A DNA stretch of 64,000 nt from an uncultured SAR116 cluster alpha proteobacterium (lineage in GTDB: Bacteria > Pseudomonadota > Alphaproteobacteria > Puniceispirillales > Marisalimonadaceae). Shown here piece by piece: positions 29,087 through 40,186 of the stretch. The stretch is from the NCBI GenBank assembly GCA_902517815.1, contig CABYED010000003.1, positions 70,048-134,047 on the forward strand, written 5' to 3'. A program made the translations under genes and the position numbers. The notes beneath the pieces were generated by a model. The model did not search any database, had not been told where the DNA came from, and saw nothing but the letters and a program-made list of their open reading frames with translations. How positions within the stretch are numbered: position 1 is the stretch's first letter; each line of letters begins with the position of its first letter.

Positions 29087-30508
29087 ATGGAAATAATTCC
29101 TGTTATTCTTTCAGGTGGATTTGGAACAAGGTTATGGCCCTTGTCTCGCAAACAAAATCCTAAGCAGTATCTATCTTTAATTAGTGATTACACAATGCTT
29201 CAAGAAACCATTCTGCGTTTAAGTACTTTTGATAGCATCGCGGATCCAATTATTTTATGTAATGTTGATCATAGGTTCCTTGTTGCAGAACAGTGTCAAC
29301 AAATTAATATTAAAAATCCAACAATTCTGCTTGAGCCAGTTAGTAGAAACACTGCACCGGCAATAACTGCAGCGGCTCTCTATACAATAAAAAAATCACA
29401 TGACGCTATGCTATTAGTGCTATCCGCTGACCATGTAATACAAGATGTTGAAGAATTTCATAAGGCAATTAGTATTGCAAGCAAGCAAGCACAAAAAGGT
29501 AAATTAACAACTTTTGGTATTGTACCAACTAATGCAAATACTGGATATGGCTACATCAAATCATCGAAAGAGAATAACGGTGGTGCATATAAGGTTGAAG
29601 AGTTTGTTGAAAAACCAGATCGTATAACTGCTAAAAAATATTTAGATCAAGGTGATTATCTTTGGAATTCTGGTATGTTTATGTTTAAAGCCAATACGCT
29701 AATTGATAAGTTAGCTGTTCATTCTCCAGATATAGTTAAATTAGTAAGTGATGCTGTTAATAAAGCCACACAAGATCTTGATTTTATAAGACTAGATAGG
29801 CAAATTTTTGAAACTTCTCCTTCTGTCTCTATTGATTATGCACTCATGGAAAAAAGTGATAGTGTGGTTGTTGTGCATTTAGATGCAGGATGGACTGATG
29901 TTGGATCTTGGTCAGCACTTTACAATATTAGTGAAAAGGACAGTAATGGAAATATTTTCAAAGGAGATGTTACGGCAAAAGATACAACTAATTCGTATAT
30001 CTATGCATCTAACCATGTGGTAGCTACAGTTGGTGTAGACAATTTAATTGTGATACATACCTCCGATGCTACTTTTATTGCCAGCCAAGACAAGGCGCAT
30101 GAAGTGAAGACTATTGTTTCATCTCTAGAAAAAAAGGGCATTGATGAGGCTCACTCTAATCGCAAGGTATTTCGTCCTTGGGGCTGGTACGATTCTATTG
30201 AAAAGAGTGAGAACTTCCAAGTAAAAAAATTATACGTTAAACCTGGAGGTAAACTTTCACTACAAATGCATCACAAACGTGCAGAGCACTGGGTAGTTGT
30301 AAGAGGCATAGCAACCGTAACTAAAGGTGACCAAACTTTTACATTAGAAAAAGGTGATTCCACTTATATTCCTCTGGGAGTTACACATGGCCTAAGTAAC
30401 ACAGCAAATAAGCCATTAGAAATCATTGAAGTACAAAGTGGAACATATTTGGGTGAAGATGATATTGTTAGATTTGAAGATATCTATGGAAGGATTAAAG
30501 AGAATTAA
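29087..30508 (+). CDS. manC: Mannose-1-phosphate guanylyltransferase/mannose-6-phosphate isomerase
   Basis: GTRLWPLSR, RNTAPA, FVEKPD, WNSGMF, C-terminal cupin RPWG/HRAEHW-like. Confidence 0.95.
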   Translation: MEIIPVILSGGFGTRLWPLSRKQNPKQYLSLISDYTMLQETILRLSTFDSIADPIILCNVDHRFLVAEQCQQINIKNPTILLEPVSRNTAPAITAAALYTIKKSHDAMLLVLSADHVIQDVEEFHKAISIASKQAQKGKLTTFGIVPTNANTGYGYIKSSKENNGGAYKVEEFVEKPDRITAKKYLDQGDYLWNSGMFMFKANTLIDKLAVHSPDIVKLVSDAVNKATQDLDFIRLDRQIFETSPSVSIDYALMEKSDSVVVVHLDAGWTDVGSWSALYNISEKDSNGNIFKGDVTAKDTTNSYIYASNHVVATVGVDNLIVIHTSDATFIASQDKAHEVKTIVSSLEKKGIDEAHSNRKVFRPWGWYDSIEKSENFQVKKLYVKPGGKLSLQMHHKRAEHWVVVRGIATVTKGDQTFTLEKGDSTYIPLGVTHGLSNTANKPLEIIEVQSGTYLGEDDIVRFEDIYGRIKEN

Positions 30509-30514
30509 ATATTT

Positions 30515-31660
30515 ATGAAAAAAGTATTAATTGTATTTGGAACTAGACCTGAAGCAATAAAAATGGCGCCATTGATTAGCGGATTTAAGAAAGATTCTAC
30601 TAATTTCAATGTCAAAGTGTGCGTTACAGAGCAACATAAAGAATTGTTAGATCAAGTATTAAGATTTTTTCAGATAAAAACTGATTACAACCTTAATATT
30701 ATGAAGACAGGTCAAAATCTATATGAAATTACCGCAAAAATTTTACTAAGAATAAAACCTTTCTTGGAAGACTTCGCCCCAGATTTGGTTTTAGTGCATG
30801 GTGATACATCCACAACTTTTGCAACTAGCCTTGCGGCTTATTATAAAAAAATTAAAATAGGGCATATTGAAGCAGGTTTGCGAACAAGTAATTTATATTC
30901 TCCGTGGCCTGAAGAAGGTAATAGAAGATTAACTGGAGTTATAGCTGATTATCATTTTTCACCAACAGAGAATAGTAAGAAAAATTTATTAAATGAAGGA
31001 GTGAAAAAGTCATCGATTTTTGTTACAGGTAATACAGTTATAGATTCATTGAAATTGGTTCTAAATCGAATAAATAGTGATAGGTCTCTTAAATTAAATA
31101 TAGAAAAAACAATTATTCAATCAGGTTTTAAAGAGATCAATTCTAAATTTATATTAATAACAGGACATCGCAGAGAAAATTTTGGAAAAGGTTTTTTAAA
31201 CATTTGTAAAGCGCTAAAAGTGTTGGCAAAAGATAATCCAAATATTAACATTGTGTATCCAATCCATTTCAACCCTAATGTAAGAAAGCCAGTTGTTGAA
31301 TTATTATCAAACATTAACAATATCAAGCTATTAGAACCATTTCAATATGAAGAGTTTGTCTATTTAATGAGTAGGTCTTATTTAATACTAACTGATAGTG
31401 GTGGCATACAGGAAGAAGCACCAAGCCTAGGTAAACCTGTTTTAGTAATGCGAGACACAACAGAAAGGCCTGAAGCAGTTGAAGCAGGAACTGTTAAATT
31501 GGTAGGATCTAATCAATTTAAAATTGTAAAAGAGGTTCAAAAGTTACTAAATGATAAAAGTGAATATGAGAAAATGAGCAAAACTAACAATCCATTCGGA
31601 AAAGGCAACGCCACAGAAAAAATTTTAAATATTTTAAGAAACGAATTTTATGAAAAGTAA
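30515..31660 (+). CDS. wecB: UDP-GlcNAc 2-epimerase (non-hydrolysing)
   Basis: FGTRPEAIKMAP, HIEAGLRT, PWPEE, TDSGGIQEEAPSLGKP. Confidence 0.95.
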   Translation: MKKVLIVFGTRPEAIKMAPLISGFKKDSTNFNVKVCVTEQHKELLDQVLRFFQIKTDYNLNIMKTGQNLYEITAKILLRIKPFLEDFAPDLVLVHGDTSTTFATSLAAYYKKIKIGHIEAGLRTSNLYSPWPEEGNRRLTGVIADYHFSPTENSKKNLLNEGVKKSSIFVTGNTVIDSLKLVLNRINSDRSLKLNIEKTIIQSGFKEINSKFILITGHRRENFGKGFLNICKALKVLAKDNPNINIVYPIHFNPNVRKPVVELLSNINNIKLLEPFQYEEFVYLMSRSYLILTDSGGIQEEAPSLGKPVLVMRDTTERPEAVEAGTVKLVGSNQFKIVKEVQKLLNDKSEYEKMSKTNNPFGKGNATEKILNILRNEFYEK

Positions 31661-32870
31661 GAAAAAGGTATGCGTAATGGGCTTGGGATATATAGGTCTC
31701 CCCATTGCAGTTTTATTAGCCAATCGAGGGTATCAGGTACATGGTGTTGATATTAATCAGAAAACTATAGATATAATTAATCGTGGTGAAACACATATTG
31801 TAGAGCCTGAACTTAATAAATTTGTTTATTCTGCTATAAAACATAGAAATTTTAGGGCAAATATAAAACCTGCAGAAGCGGATATTTTTATAATTGCAGT
31901 ACCAACCCCGTTTCATAAGGACAAACTTAATAAACTAACAAATTCACCAATTCCAAATATTAATTACATTGTGGAGGCAACAAAGCAGATAGCGTCTTAT
32001 CTTAAATCAGGTAATTTGATATTGTTAGAATCTACGTGTCCTGTGGGCACAACGGATATGATATTAGAAATATTAAGTAAAGAAGGTGTTGATACCAGTG
32101 GTATATATGTAGCCTTTTCTCCAGAACGAGTGCTTCCTGGCCAAATTATGAAAGAGCTGATTGAAAATGATCGGGTGGTAGGAGGGGTCAACAATGTATC
32201 TACAAAAAAAGCTGCTGAATTTTACAGGACGTTTGTAGTTGGTGAGGTTGCGGAGACAAGCGCCAAAATAGCAGAAATGACTAAGCTAACTGAAAATTCT
32301 TTTAGAGACGTTAATATTGCGTTTGCTAATGAGTTATCAATATTGAGTGATGACATGGGTATTGACGTTAGTCAATTAATTTCATTAGCTAATAAGCACC
32401 CTAGAGTCAAAATTTTAAATCCTGGTTGTGGTGTTGGAGGGCATTGTATCTCTGTAGATCCTTGGTTCATTGTTGATAGTTCAAATGGCAAAGCCCAATT
32501 AATAGAGCAAGCAAGACGGACCAATGATTATAAGGCTGACTGGGTCTTAGAGAAAATCAAGAATGCTTTGCTACAATTTGAAATTAAACATAAAAAAAAA
32601 CCGACAGTTACTTGCATGGGCTTATCATTCAAACCCAATATAAGTGATTTGAGACAATCACCAGCACTGTATATTGCTAAAAAATTGAATGAGTTTATAA
32701 CTATATCATCTGTTGAACCAAATATTAGAGAATGTAAAGGATTGGATTTAGTTGATATAAAGACTGGATTAGAATCTGACATTTGCGTATATCTAGTTAA
32801 TCATAAAGAATTTAGTATTAAAAATATAAAACACGCTGACCTAGATTTCTGTGGAATTAACAATTATTAA
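31650..32870 (+). CDS. wecC: UDP-ManNAc dehydrogenase
   Basis: GLGYIGLP, PERVLPG, ENSFRDVNIAFANE, GVGGHCISVDPWF. Confidence 0.9.
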   Translation: MKSKKKVCVMGLGYIGLPIAVLLANRGYQVHGVDINQKTIDIINRGETHIVEPELNKFVYSAIKHRNFRANIKPAEADIFIIAVPTPFHKDKLNKLTNSPIPNINYIVEATKQIASYLKSGNLILLESTCPVGTTDMILEILSKEGVDTSGIYVAFSPERVLPGQIMKELIENDRVVGGVNNVSTKKAAEFYRTFVVGEVAETSAKIAEMTKLTENSFRDVNIAFANELSILSDDMGIDVSQLISLANKHPRVKILNPGCGVGGHCISVDPWFIVDSSNGKAQLIEQARRTNDYKADWVLEKIKNALLQFEIKHKKKPTVTCMGLSFKPNISDLRQSPALYIAKKLNEFITISSVEPNIRECKGLDLVDIKTGLESDICVYLVNHKEFSIKNIKHADLDFCGINNY

Positions 32871-32885
32871 AAGCAAAAAATAAAT

Positions 32886-33923
32886 ATGAAAAAAGCATTT
32901 TTAACTGGAATTACTGGGCAAGATGGATCTTATCTTGCTGAACTCTTATTAGAAAAAGGCTATGAAGTTCACGCGATCATTAGGAGATCATCAGTTTTTA
33001 CTACACGTAGAATTGATCACATTTATGATAAAAATGAAAGATTATTTATCTACCATGGAGATTTGATGGATTCTAGTAATATTCATAGATTACTTATGAA
33101 TATAAAGCCTGATGAAGTTTACAATCTAGGAGCTCAATCGCATGTGGCAGTATCCTTTGAAGTACCTGAATACACTGCTGATGTTGATGGTTTAGGAGCA
33201 ATCAGATTACTAGATGCCGTTCGTGATTTAGGTCCAAAATGTAAATATTATCAAGCCTCTTCTTCGGAGATGTTTGGTGGAATACCGGGAACTGAGCCAC
33301 AAAATGAAACGACACCTTTTTATCCTAAGTCTCCCTACGGTGCAGCAAAAGTATATGCTTATTGGGTAACCGTAAATTACAGAGAAGCATACAATCTTTT
33401 TGCATGTAATGGTATTTTGTTTAACCATGAATCACCAAGGCGAGGTGAAACTTTTGTAACTAAGAAAATTACAAAAGCTGTTGCTAGAATTTATCAAGAA
33501 AGACAAAAGGTTTTAAAATTGGGTAATCTTGATGTTAAAAGAGACTGGGGTCATGCAAAAGATTATGTATATGCGCAATGGTTAATGCTTCAACAAGACA
33601 GCCCTGCAGATTATGTTATTGCAACAGGAGAAACACATACCGTTAGAGAGTTTGTTGAGCTTGCATTTAAAGAAGTAGGAATTTATATTCAATGGAAAGG
33701 TCAAGGTGTTAATGAAAAAGGGGTTGATAAAAAGACTGGAACAACTTTAGTCGAAGTAGATGAGAGGTATTTTAGGCCTGCAGAAGTTGAGGTGTTATTA
33801 GGGGATCCATCAAAAGCTGAGAAAGAGCTAAATTGGAAGAGAAAGGTTTCATTCCAAGAATTAATTTCTCGAATGGTACAGTACGATTTACAAAATGACA
33901 ATTATGGTGGATTAGAGACTTAA
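32886..33923 (+). CDS. gmd: GDP-mannose 4,6-dehydratase
   Basis: [39 protein letters not shown]. Confidence 0.95.
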   Translation: MKKAFLTGITGQDGSYLAELLLEKGYEVHAIIRRSSVFTTRRIDHIYDKNERLFIYHGDLMDSSNIHRLLMNIKPDEVYNLGAQSHVAVSFEVPEYTADVDGLGAIRLLDAVRDLGPKCKYYQASSSEMFGGIPGTEPQNETTPFYPKSPYGAAKVYAYWVTVNYREAYNLFACNGILFNHESPRRGETFVTKKITKAVARIYQERQKVLKLGNLDVKRDWGHAKDYVYAQWLMLQQDSPADYVIATGETHTVREFVELAFKEVGIYIQWKGQGVNEKGVDKKTGTTLVEVDERYFRPAEVEVLLGDPSKAEKELNWKRKVSFQELISRMVQYDLQNDNYGGLET

Positions 33924-33935
33924 TATAGGAGAGAT

Positions 33936-34934
33936 ATGTTAACAGAAAAATCAATTTTAGTTACTGGCGGAACTGGTTCTTTTGGGCAAACTTTTATTCC
34001 AATGACTTTGAATAAATATAATCCTAAGAAAATTGTTGTATTTTCTCGTGATGAGATGAAGCAATGGGAAATGGCAAAATTATTCAAAGATGACCTCCGT
34101 GTTCGCTTTATTATTGGTGATGTAAGGGATAAAGATAGACTATATCGAGCTCTTGATGGTATTGACTATGTTGTTCATGCTGCAGCTACTAAAATCGTCC
34201 CTACTGCTGAATACGATCCATTTGAATGTGTTAAAACTAATGTATTAGGTGCTATGAATGTTATTGATGCATCTATTGACAAAGGTGTTAAGCGGATTAT
34301 TGCTTTATCTACAGACAAGGCTAGCAGCCCTGTAAACCTTTATGGTGCAACTAAGTTAACCTCTGACAGATTGTTTATATCTGGTAATTCGTATACTGGT
34401 AGTCATAGCACAAGTTTTTCAGTTGTGAGATATGGAAACGTAATGGGATCTAGAGGGTCAGTTATACCGTTTTTTATGTCAATAGTAAAAGATGGCGTAT
34501 TTCCAATTACAGATAATCGAATGACGAGATTTATGATTTCATTAGAAGAAGGCGTTGAGTTAGTATGGCATGCTTTTGAAGATATGAGGGGTGGTGAAAT
34601 TTATGTTAAAAAAATTCCTTCTATGAAAGTAACAGATATTGCATTGGCTATTGATAATAAGGCAAAACAAGAAGAGGTTGGAGTTAGACCGGGTGAAAAA
34701 TTACATGAGCAAATGATTGGTTCAGAAGATGCACCATATACTTATGAATATGACAAATATTATAAGATACTTCCTGTTATTAATGGCTGGGGACATGATC
34801 CAGATCGTATTAAAGGAGGACGCTTAGTTGCACCAAATTTTATTTATAATAGTGGAACTAATAATCAATGGATGTCGATCAATGAACTTGTTGATTGGAT
34901 TAGATCAAATCAACACAAACTAGGCTCAGTATAA
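33936..34934 (+). CDS. pseB: UDP-GlcNAc 4,6-dehydratase (inverting)
   Basis: GGTGSFG, SRDEMKQ, ALSTDKA, NLYGATK, RYGNVMGSRGSV, RPGEKLHE. Confidence 0.9.
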   Translation: MLTEKSILVTGGTGSFGQTFIPMTLNKYNPKKIVVFSRDEMKQWEMAKLFKDDLRVRFIIGDVRDKDRLYRALDGIDYVVHAAATKIVPTAEYDPFECVKTNVLGAMNVIDASIDKGVKRIIALSTDKASSPVNLYGATKLTSDRLFISGNSYTGSHSTSFSVVRYGNVMGSRGSVIPFFMSIVKDGVFPITDNRMTRFMISLEEGVELVWHAFEDMRGGEIYVKKIPSMKVTDIALAIDNKAKQEEVGVRPGEKLHEQMIGSEDAPYTYEYDKYYKILPVINGWGHDPDRIKGGRLVAPNFIYNSGTNNQWMSINELVDWIRSNQHKLGSV

Positions 34935-34936
34935 TA

Positions 34937-36097
34937 ATGATTCCATATGGTAGACAAGATATAACAGAAAGTGACATTCAAGCAGTAGTTGATGTTTTGC
35001 AATCGGAATTTTTAACTCAAGGCCCTACAGTTGAGAGATTTGAGCGGAGAGTGGCAAATTACTGCGGTGCCTCCAATGCTTTAGCCCTTAATAGTTCCAC
35101 AAGTTCATTACACTTAGCATGTTTGGCTCTTGACGTTGGACCTGGAGATATTGTCTGGACAAGTCCTATAACTTTTGTAGCTTCATCTAATTGTGCCCTT
35201 TATTGTGGTGCCGAGATTGATTTCGTTGATATAGACCCTATCACTTATAACATATGTTGTGACAAGCTAGCTGAAAAGCTTCATGTTGCAAAGCTCAAGG
35301 GCACCCTGCCAAAGGTAGTTATTCCTGTGCACTTGACTGGTCAGTCTTGTGACATGGAAAAAATATCTAAGTTGGGCTTACAGTATGGTTTTCGAATTAT
35401 TGAGGATGCTTCTCACGCAATTGGTGGACACTATAATGGACAGAGAGTTGGTTCATGCAAATATAGTGACATATGTGTTTTTAGCTTTCATCCAGTTAAA
35501 ATTATTACTACAGGTGAGGGTGGTATGATCCTTACTAACAGTGACGAGTTAGCTGTTAAAATGAAACATTTGAGAAGTCATGGAATAACTAGAGATCCTG
35601 TTTATATGACAAATAAAGACCCTTGCCCTTGGTACTATGAGCAAATAGCTCTAGGTTTCAACTATCGCATGACTGACATTCAAGCGGCAATAGGTCTGAG
35701 TCAGTTAAATAGGTTAGACGAATATGTATCTATCAGAAACCAACTATCTAAGCGGTATGACCTTCTGTTAGCCGATTTGCCAGTAATCACCCCTTTTCAG
35801 TCTCAAAATTGTTATTCGAGCAGACATCTTTATGTTATAAGATTGAGACTGGATGTGATTGCTAAATCTAGGCGTGAAGTTTTTGATTATCTAAGGGAGC
35901 AAGGAGTAGGTGTTATAATACACTACATTCCAATACCAAGTCAGCCATATTATAAAGATATGGGCTTCTCGGAGAAGAGCTATCCAAATAGCTTGTCGTA
36001 CTATAATGAGGCAATTTCTCTTCCTTTGTTTCCGAAAATGACCCAGCAACAACAGGATAAAGTTGTATCATTGCTTAAAGAGATATTGTTGCAATGA
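34937..36097 (+). CDS. pseC: UDP-4-amino-4,6-dideoxy-AltNAc transaminase
   Basis: MIPYGRQ, LTQGP, FSFHPVKIITTGEGG, LRSHGITR; follows pseB. Confidence 0.9.
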   Translation: MIPYGRQDITESDIQAVVDVLQSEFLTQGPTVERFERRVANYCGASNALALNSSTSSLHLACLALDVGPGDIVWTSPITFVASSNCALYCGAEIDFVDIDPITYNICCDKLAEKLHVAKLKGTLPKVVIPVHLTGQSCDMEKISKLGLQYGFRIIEDASHAIGGHYNGQRVGSCKYSDICVFSFHPVKIITTGEGGMILTNSDELAVKMKHLRSHGITRDPVYMTNKDPCPWYYEQIALGFNYRMTDIQAAIGLSQLNRLDEYVSIRNQLSKRYDLLLADLPVITPFQSQNCYSSRHLYVIRLRLDVIAKSRREVFDYLREQGVGVIIHYIPIPSQPYYKDMGFSEKSYPNSLSYYNEAISLPLFPKMTQQQQDKVVSLLKEILLQ

Positions 36098-36960
36098 AGC
36101 TAGCCATCGGGACAGCACAGTTTGGTCTTGATTATGGTGTTTCTAATACAGATGGGCAGGTATCAGAAGAGGATGTAGACAAAATCCTACGGGCTGCAAT
36201 AAAAGCTAAAATCACAACAATAGATACGGCATCAAACTATGGAAATAGTGAACGGGTCTTGGGGAAGATTGGGGTTAAATGCTTTGATGTAATCACGAAA
36301 ATTGGAGCTGTGCCCGAAAGTGTAACTGATATTAAAAGGTGGGTATTTGAACAAATCGAGGGAGCGTTGGTTAGACTTAATCTGACTTCTATCTATGGAT
36401 TTTTATTACATCGACCTAATCAACTTTTGGGAAAGCATGGAGACATTATATTTGATGCTTTAAGCGAAGCTAGATCCCAAAGGTTGATAAAAAAGATAGG
36501 AGTGTCTATCTACGATCCTGCAGAGCTTACCAAATTAATTAATAGGTTTGATTTTAATATTGTGCAGGCGCCAATGAATGTTATTGATCGGCGAATGTAT
36601 TCCTCTGGCTGGCTCGAGCGACTTAAAAGATTGGGCGTAGAGGTCCATGTAAGGTCTGTGTTTTTACAAGGACTTTTGCTTATGAAACCAGAATTGAGAC
36701 CAGATTATTTTAGATGGTGGAATTTAATAATGCAAGATTATGATGGTTGGTTGAACACATCGAAAATTCCTCCAATTGAAGCTTGCATTGGCTTTGTTAA
36801 ACAATTTAATTCTGTGGATAAAATAATTGTCGGCGTAGTTTCTCCAACTCATCTTGATGGTATATGTAAAGCTGTTTCGAGAAATTATGTAATTACAGCT
36901 CCTTCTAATATACAGTCAGATGATATAAATTTAATTAATCCTTCAAAGTGGATTTTATGA
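36094..36960 (+). CDS. Aldo/keto reductase
   Basis: GTAQFGLDYG, IDTASNYG, KIGVSIY, RSVFLQGLL. Confidence 0.85.
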   Translation: MKLAIGTAQFGLDYGVSNTDGQVSEEDVDKILRAAIKAKITTIDTASNYGNSERVLGKIGVKCFDVITKIGAVPESVTDIKRWVFEQIEGALVRLNLTSIYGFLLHRPNQLLGKHGDIIFDALSEARSQRLIKKIGVSIYDPAELTKLINRFDFNIVQAPMNVIDRRMYSSGWLERLKRLGVEVHVRSVFLQGLLLMKPELRPDYFRWWNLIMQDYDGWLNTSKIPPIEACIGFVKQFNSVDKIIVGVVSPTHLDGICKAVSRNYVITAPSNIQSDDINLINPSKWIL

Positions 36961-37850
36961 CAATTAGATTAGGGATCATAGGAGCTTCGGAAGGTAATGG
37001 GCATCCATATTCGTGGAGTGCAATATTTAATGGTTATAACCCTAAAGAAATGCAAAAATGTGGGTATCCTGTAATTCCAGCATATCTAAGTAATCAGTGT
37101 TGGCCTGAAGTACAAATTTCAGGAGCTACTGTTTCATCGGTTTGGACGCAAGATTTGCAATTATCGAGGCACATAGCTCAGGCCTCTTGCATTGGTCACG
37201 TTTCATTGTCACTTGATGAACTCAAAGATCGAGTTGATGGAGTTTTATTGGCTCGTGACGACTCAGAGAACCATCTTGATATTGCAAAATCATTTCTAAT
37301 AGCAGGAAAACCAATTTATATTGACAAGCCTATTGCAACTTCGAAAATAGCATTACATAATTTATATAAGTTTCAGCAATATGATGGGCAGATTTTTACT
37401 TGTTCGGCTTTAAGGTATTCCCCAGATTTGATATTGTCAATTGAAGATAAATTGGCACTCGGTAAAATTGTAGATATTTCAGCCTCAACTCCAAAGTCTT
37501 GGAAAAAATATGCGGTACATATAATCGAACCAGTCCTTAAGATGATTTCGACTGACGATAAATTATTAAAAACTAAACTTATACTTAACTCTAATGAATC
37601 AAGAACGCTTAACATTTTTTGGGAAAGTGGTATAAGCACTAATTTTACTAATTTAGGTGAAGTGCAAGACGAAATCCAAATTAAAATTAATGGAGAGCAC
37701 AGTTCTAAGACTTTAATCTTTAAAGACACATTTACAGCTTTTAAATTAGCACTTCAAGATTTTGTTGATGGTATAATTCATAATGAATGCCGTTCTTCCT
37801 TTGAATTCAATATTAAAGTAGTAAATTTAATAGAAAAAGGACTGAAATGA
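36957..37850 (+). CDS. Gfo/Idh/MocA-like oxidoreductase
   Basis: LGIIGASEGNGHPYSWS, LARDD, GKPIYIDKP, SALRY; ATG at 36957 overlaps the upstream stop (ATGA). Confidence 0.65.
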   Translation: MTIRLGIIGASEGNGHPYSWSAIFNGYNPKEMQKCGYPVIPAYLSNQCWPEVQISGATVSSVWTQDLQLSRHIAQASCIGHVSLSLDELKDRVDGVLLARDDSENHLDIAKSFLIAGKPIYIDKPIATSKIALHNLYKFQQYDGQIFTCSALRYSPDLILSIEDKLALGKIVDISASTPKSWKKYAVHIIEPVLKMISTDDKLLKTKLILNSNESRTLNIFWESGISTNFTNLGEVQDEIQIKINGEHSSKTLIFKDTFTAFKLALQDFVDGIIHNECRSSFEFNIKVVNLIEKGLK

Positions 37851-38605
37851 CTAAGCAAACCATTCTTATAACTGGTGGCACCGGAAAATTGGGAAAAATA
37901 TTTTCAAAGCATTTTGCTGATAATGGTTGGAAGGTTGTTGTTACTTCTACAAACATCGAAAAAGCAAATGAATTAAAAAAAAGTATTAAAATGCACGAGA
38001 ATATCAAAATTTTTTTAAGCGATTTAAGTAAACCAAATGCCCCAAAAGAATTAATAGAGTCTATACTAGATCAAGGGATAGAAATCAACCATTTAGTAAA
38101 TAATGCTAGGTCTTTAAAAAATCTTTATGTAGATGACAGTGGTTTTTCAAGTCGTAAAGACATGGCTCAAGAGTATTTATTGGATGTTATAGTCCCTTAT
38201 GAACTTGCAACTAACTTATACTTGCTACAAAAAGATGCTCTTAAGACAATAATTAACATTGGATCACAATATGGAAGTGTAGCCGCTAATCCACATTTAT
38301 ATAAGGACAATTTAGCGCATTCTCCTATTCAATATTCACTTGCTAAAGCCGGCGTTCATCATCTTACAAAAGAATTGGCAGTAAGATTTGCAAAAAATGA
38401 TATAAGAGTTAATTGCGTGGCATATGGTGGAGTTGAGGGCAGAGTAGATAAAGATTTTGTTAAGCGTTATTCATTACTAGCCCCAATGGGTCGTATGCTT
38501 ACAGAGGAAGAAGTTCTTGGTCCGATAGAATTTTTATTAACTAACTCAAGTTCCTCAGTTACTGGCCATACAATTGCTGCGGATGGAGGTTGGACAATAT
38601 GGTAA
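37847..38605 (+). CDS. SDR oxidoreductase (PtmA-like)
   Basis: TGGTGKLG, VNNA, YSLAK, IRVNCV, DGGWTIW. Confidence 0.85.
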   Translation: MTKQTILITGGTGKLGKIFSKHFADNGWKVVVTSTNIEKANELKKSIKMHENIKIFLSDLSKPNAPKELIESILDQGIEINHLVNNARSLKNLYVDDSGFSSRKDMAQEYLLDVIVPYELATNLYLLQKDALKTIINIGSQYGSVAANPHLYKDNLAHSPIQYSLAKAGVHHLTKELAVRFAKNDIRVNCVAYGGVEGRVDKDFVKRYSLLAPMGRMLTEEEVLGPIEFLLTNSSSSVTGHTIAADGGWTIW

Positions 38606-38624
38606 TAAAAAAATTGAATATAAA

Positions 38625-39320
38625 ATGAAAGAAAATATAGCAATAATACCTGCACGAGGTGGATCAAAGCGAATTCCTAAAAAAAATATAATTGATTTTA
38701 ATGGTAAGCCTATGATTGCTTGGACTATCAAAGCAGCTCTAGAAACAGGTATTTTTTCTAAAGTTTTAGTTTCAACAGACTCTGAAGAGATCGCATCGCA
38801 TTCACGTGATTTTGGAGCTGAGGTTCCTTTCTTAAGAGATGAGTTTTATGATGATATTACACCAGTGAGCAAAGCAACTTGTGATGCACTCATTAAAGCC
38901 CAAGAATATTGGGGGATAGAGTTTAATACTGTCACTCAATTAATGGCCAATTGTCCACTACGAAAAGCTGAACATATAAGTAGTTTTTATAAAAAGTTTG
39001 AAGATTATGAAGTTGATTTTTTGTTAAGTTGTTTTAAGTTTGGTTGGATGAAACCTCTGTGGGCTTTTAAAAAAAATGATGATAATAGTCATTCATTTCT
39101 GTTTGCAGAAGCAATAAAAGAGAGATCACAAGATCTTGATGAATTATTTTGTCCGACAGGTTCTATATGGATGGCAAAGGCTCGAGCATTAATTAAGTCA
39201 AAATCATTTTACGGACCTGGGCAAGTATTTGAAGAAATAGACTGGATTGCTGCTGTGGATATTGATGATTACAATGATTTAAATATGGCTAAGTCATTAT
39301 CTCAAACGAGTTTAAATTAA
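38625..39320 (+). CDS. Acylneuraminate/nonulosonate cytidylyltransferase (PseF/NeuA-like)
   Basis: IIPARGGSKRIPKKN, VSTD, DID. ATG at 38625 preferred over the track start. Confidence 0.9.
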   Translation: MKENIAIIPARGGSKRIPKKNIIDFNGKPMIAWTIKAALETGIFSKVLVSTDSEEIASHSRDFGAEVPFLRDEFYDDITPVSKATCDALIKAQEYWGIEFNTVTQLMANCPLRKAEHISSFYKKFEDYEVDFLLSCFKFGWMKPLWAFKKNDDNSHSFLFAEAIKERSQDLDELFCPTGSIWMAKARALIKSKSFYGPGQVFEEIDWIAAVDIDDYNDLNMAKSLSQTSLN

Positions 39321-39498
39321 AGAAATATCAAACTTTATTTAGTTATCTGAACAGTCTAAATATTTTCACCAATTTTTATGATATAAATTTTAATAGTTAT
39401 ATGGCAGAGAAGGGAATATATTTGAAATGAGAAGAGTTTTTTATGTATATAGCTTTTTATTGTTATTATTTTTAAAATTGAGTTAGGAAAAAATATTA

Positions 39499-40185
39499 AT
39501 GCGTGAAAAATCAAAAGATATTCTTATTGTAGTTGCTCACTCTGATGACGAAACTCTAGGTTTAGGAGGTACAATAAAAAAGCATGTTCAAAAGGGAGAT
39601 AATGTTTATGCAATCTATATGACCGATGGCGTTACTGCGAGGAAGGGCAATCAATCGCAACAAGTAATTTTACGCAAAAACGCTGCCATAATGGCAAGCA
39701 AAATTTTAGGTTTTAAGTGGGAAACTTCATATAGATTCGATGATAACAAAATGGACTCCTATCCATTGTTAGATATCATTAAAAAAATTGAATTAGCAAA
39801 ATTTAAAATTAATCCTGATATTGTATATACTCATAGTGTTGCGGACTTAAACATTGATCATCGTAGAGTATGCGAAGCAGTTCTTGTGGCATTTCGTCCT
39901 CAACCAGACGAAAAATGTCGTGAAATTAGGTTGTTTGAAGTTGTGTCAGCAACAGATTATGGACATGAAAATGTAACAGGTAAATTCGTTCCAAACTTAT
40001 ATATTGACATCAGCGGTACTTGGGAAAAGAAAGAAGAAGCATTAACTTGTTACAACCCTGAAATGCGCAAATATCCACATAGCCGTTCCATAGAGGCAAT
40101 AAAAAATCTAGCACGGTACAGAGGAAATCAAGTTGGATTGAATTTATGTGAGGCTTTTCAAGTTATCCGTAAGATAGAGATTTAG
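39499..40185 (+). CDS. PIG-L family deacetylase
   Basis: AHSDDETLG, DLNIDH, PHSRS motifs. Confidence 0.85.
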   Translation: MREKSKDILIVVAHSDDETLGLGGTIKKHVQKGDNVYAIYMTDGVTARKGNQSQQVILRKNAAIMASKILGFKWETSYRFDDNKMDSYPLLDIIKKIELAKFKINPDIVYTHSVADLNIDHRRVCEAVLVAFRPQPDEKCREIRLFEVVSATDYGHENVTGKFVPNLYIDISGTWEKKEEALTCYNPEMRKYPHSRSIEAIKNLARYRGNQVGLNLCEAFQVIRKIEI

Positions 40186-40186
40186 C

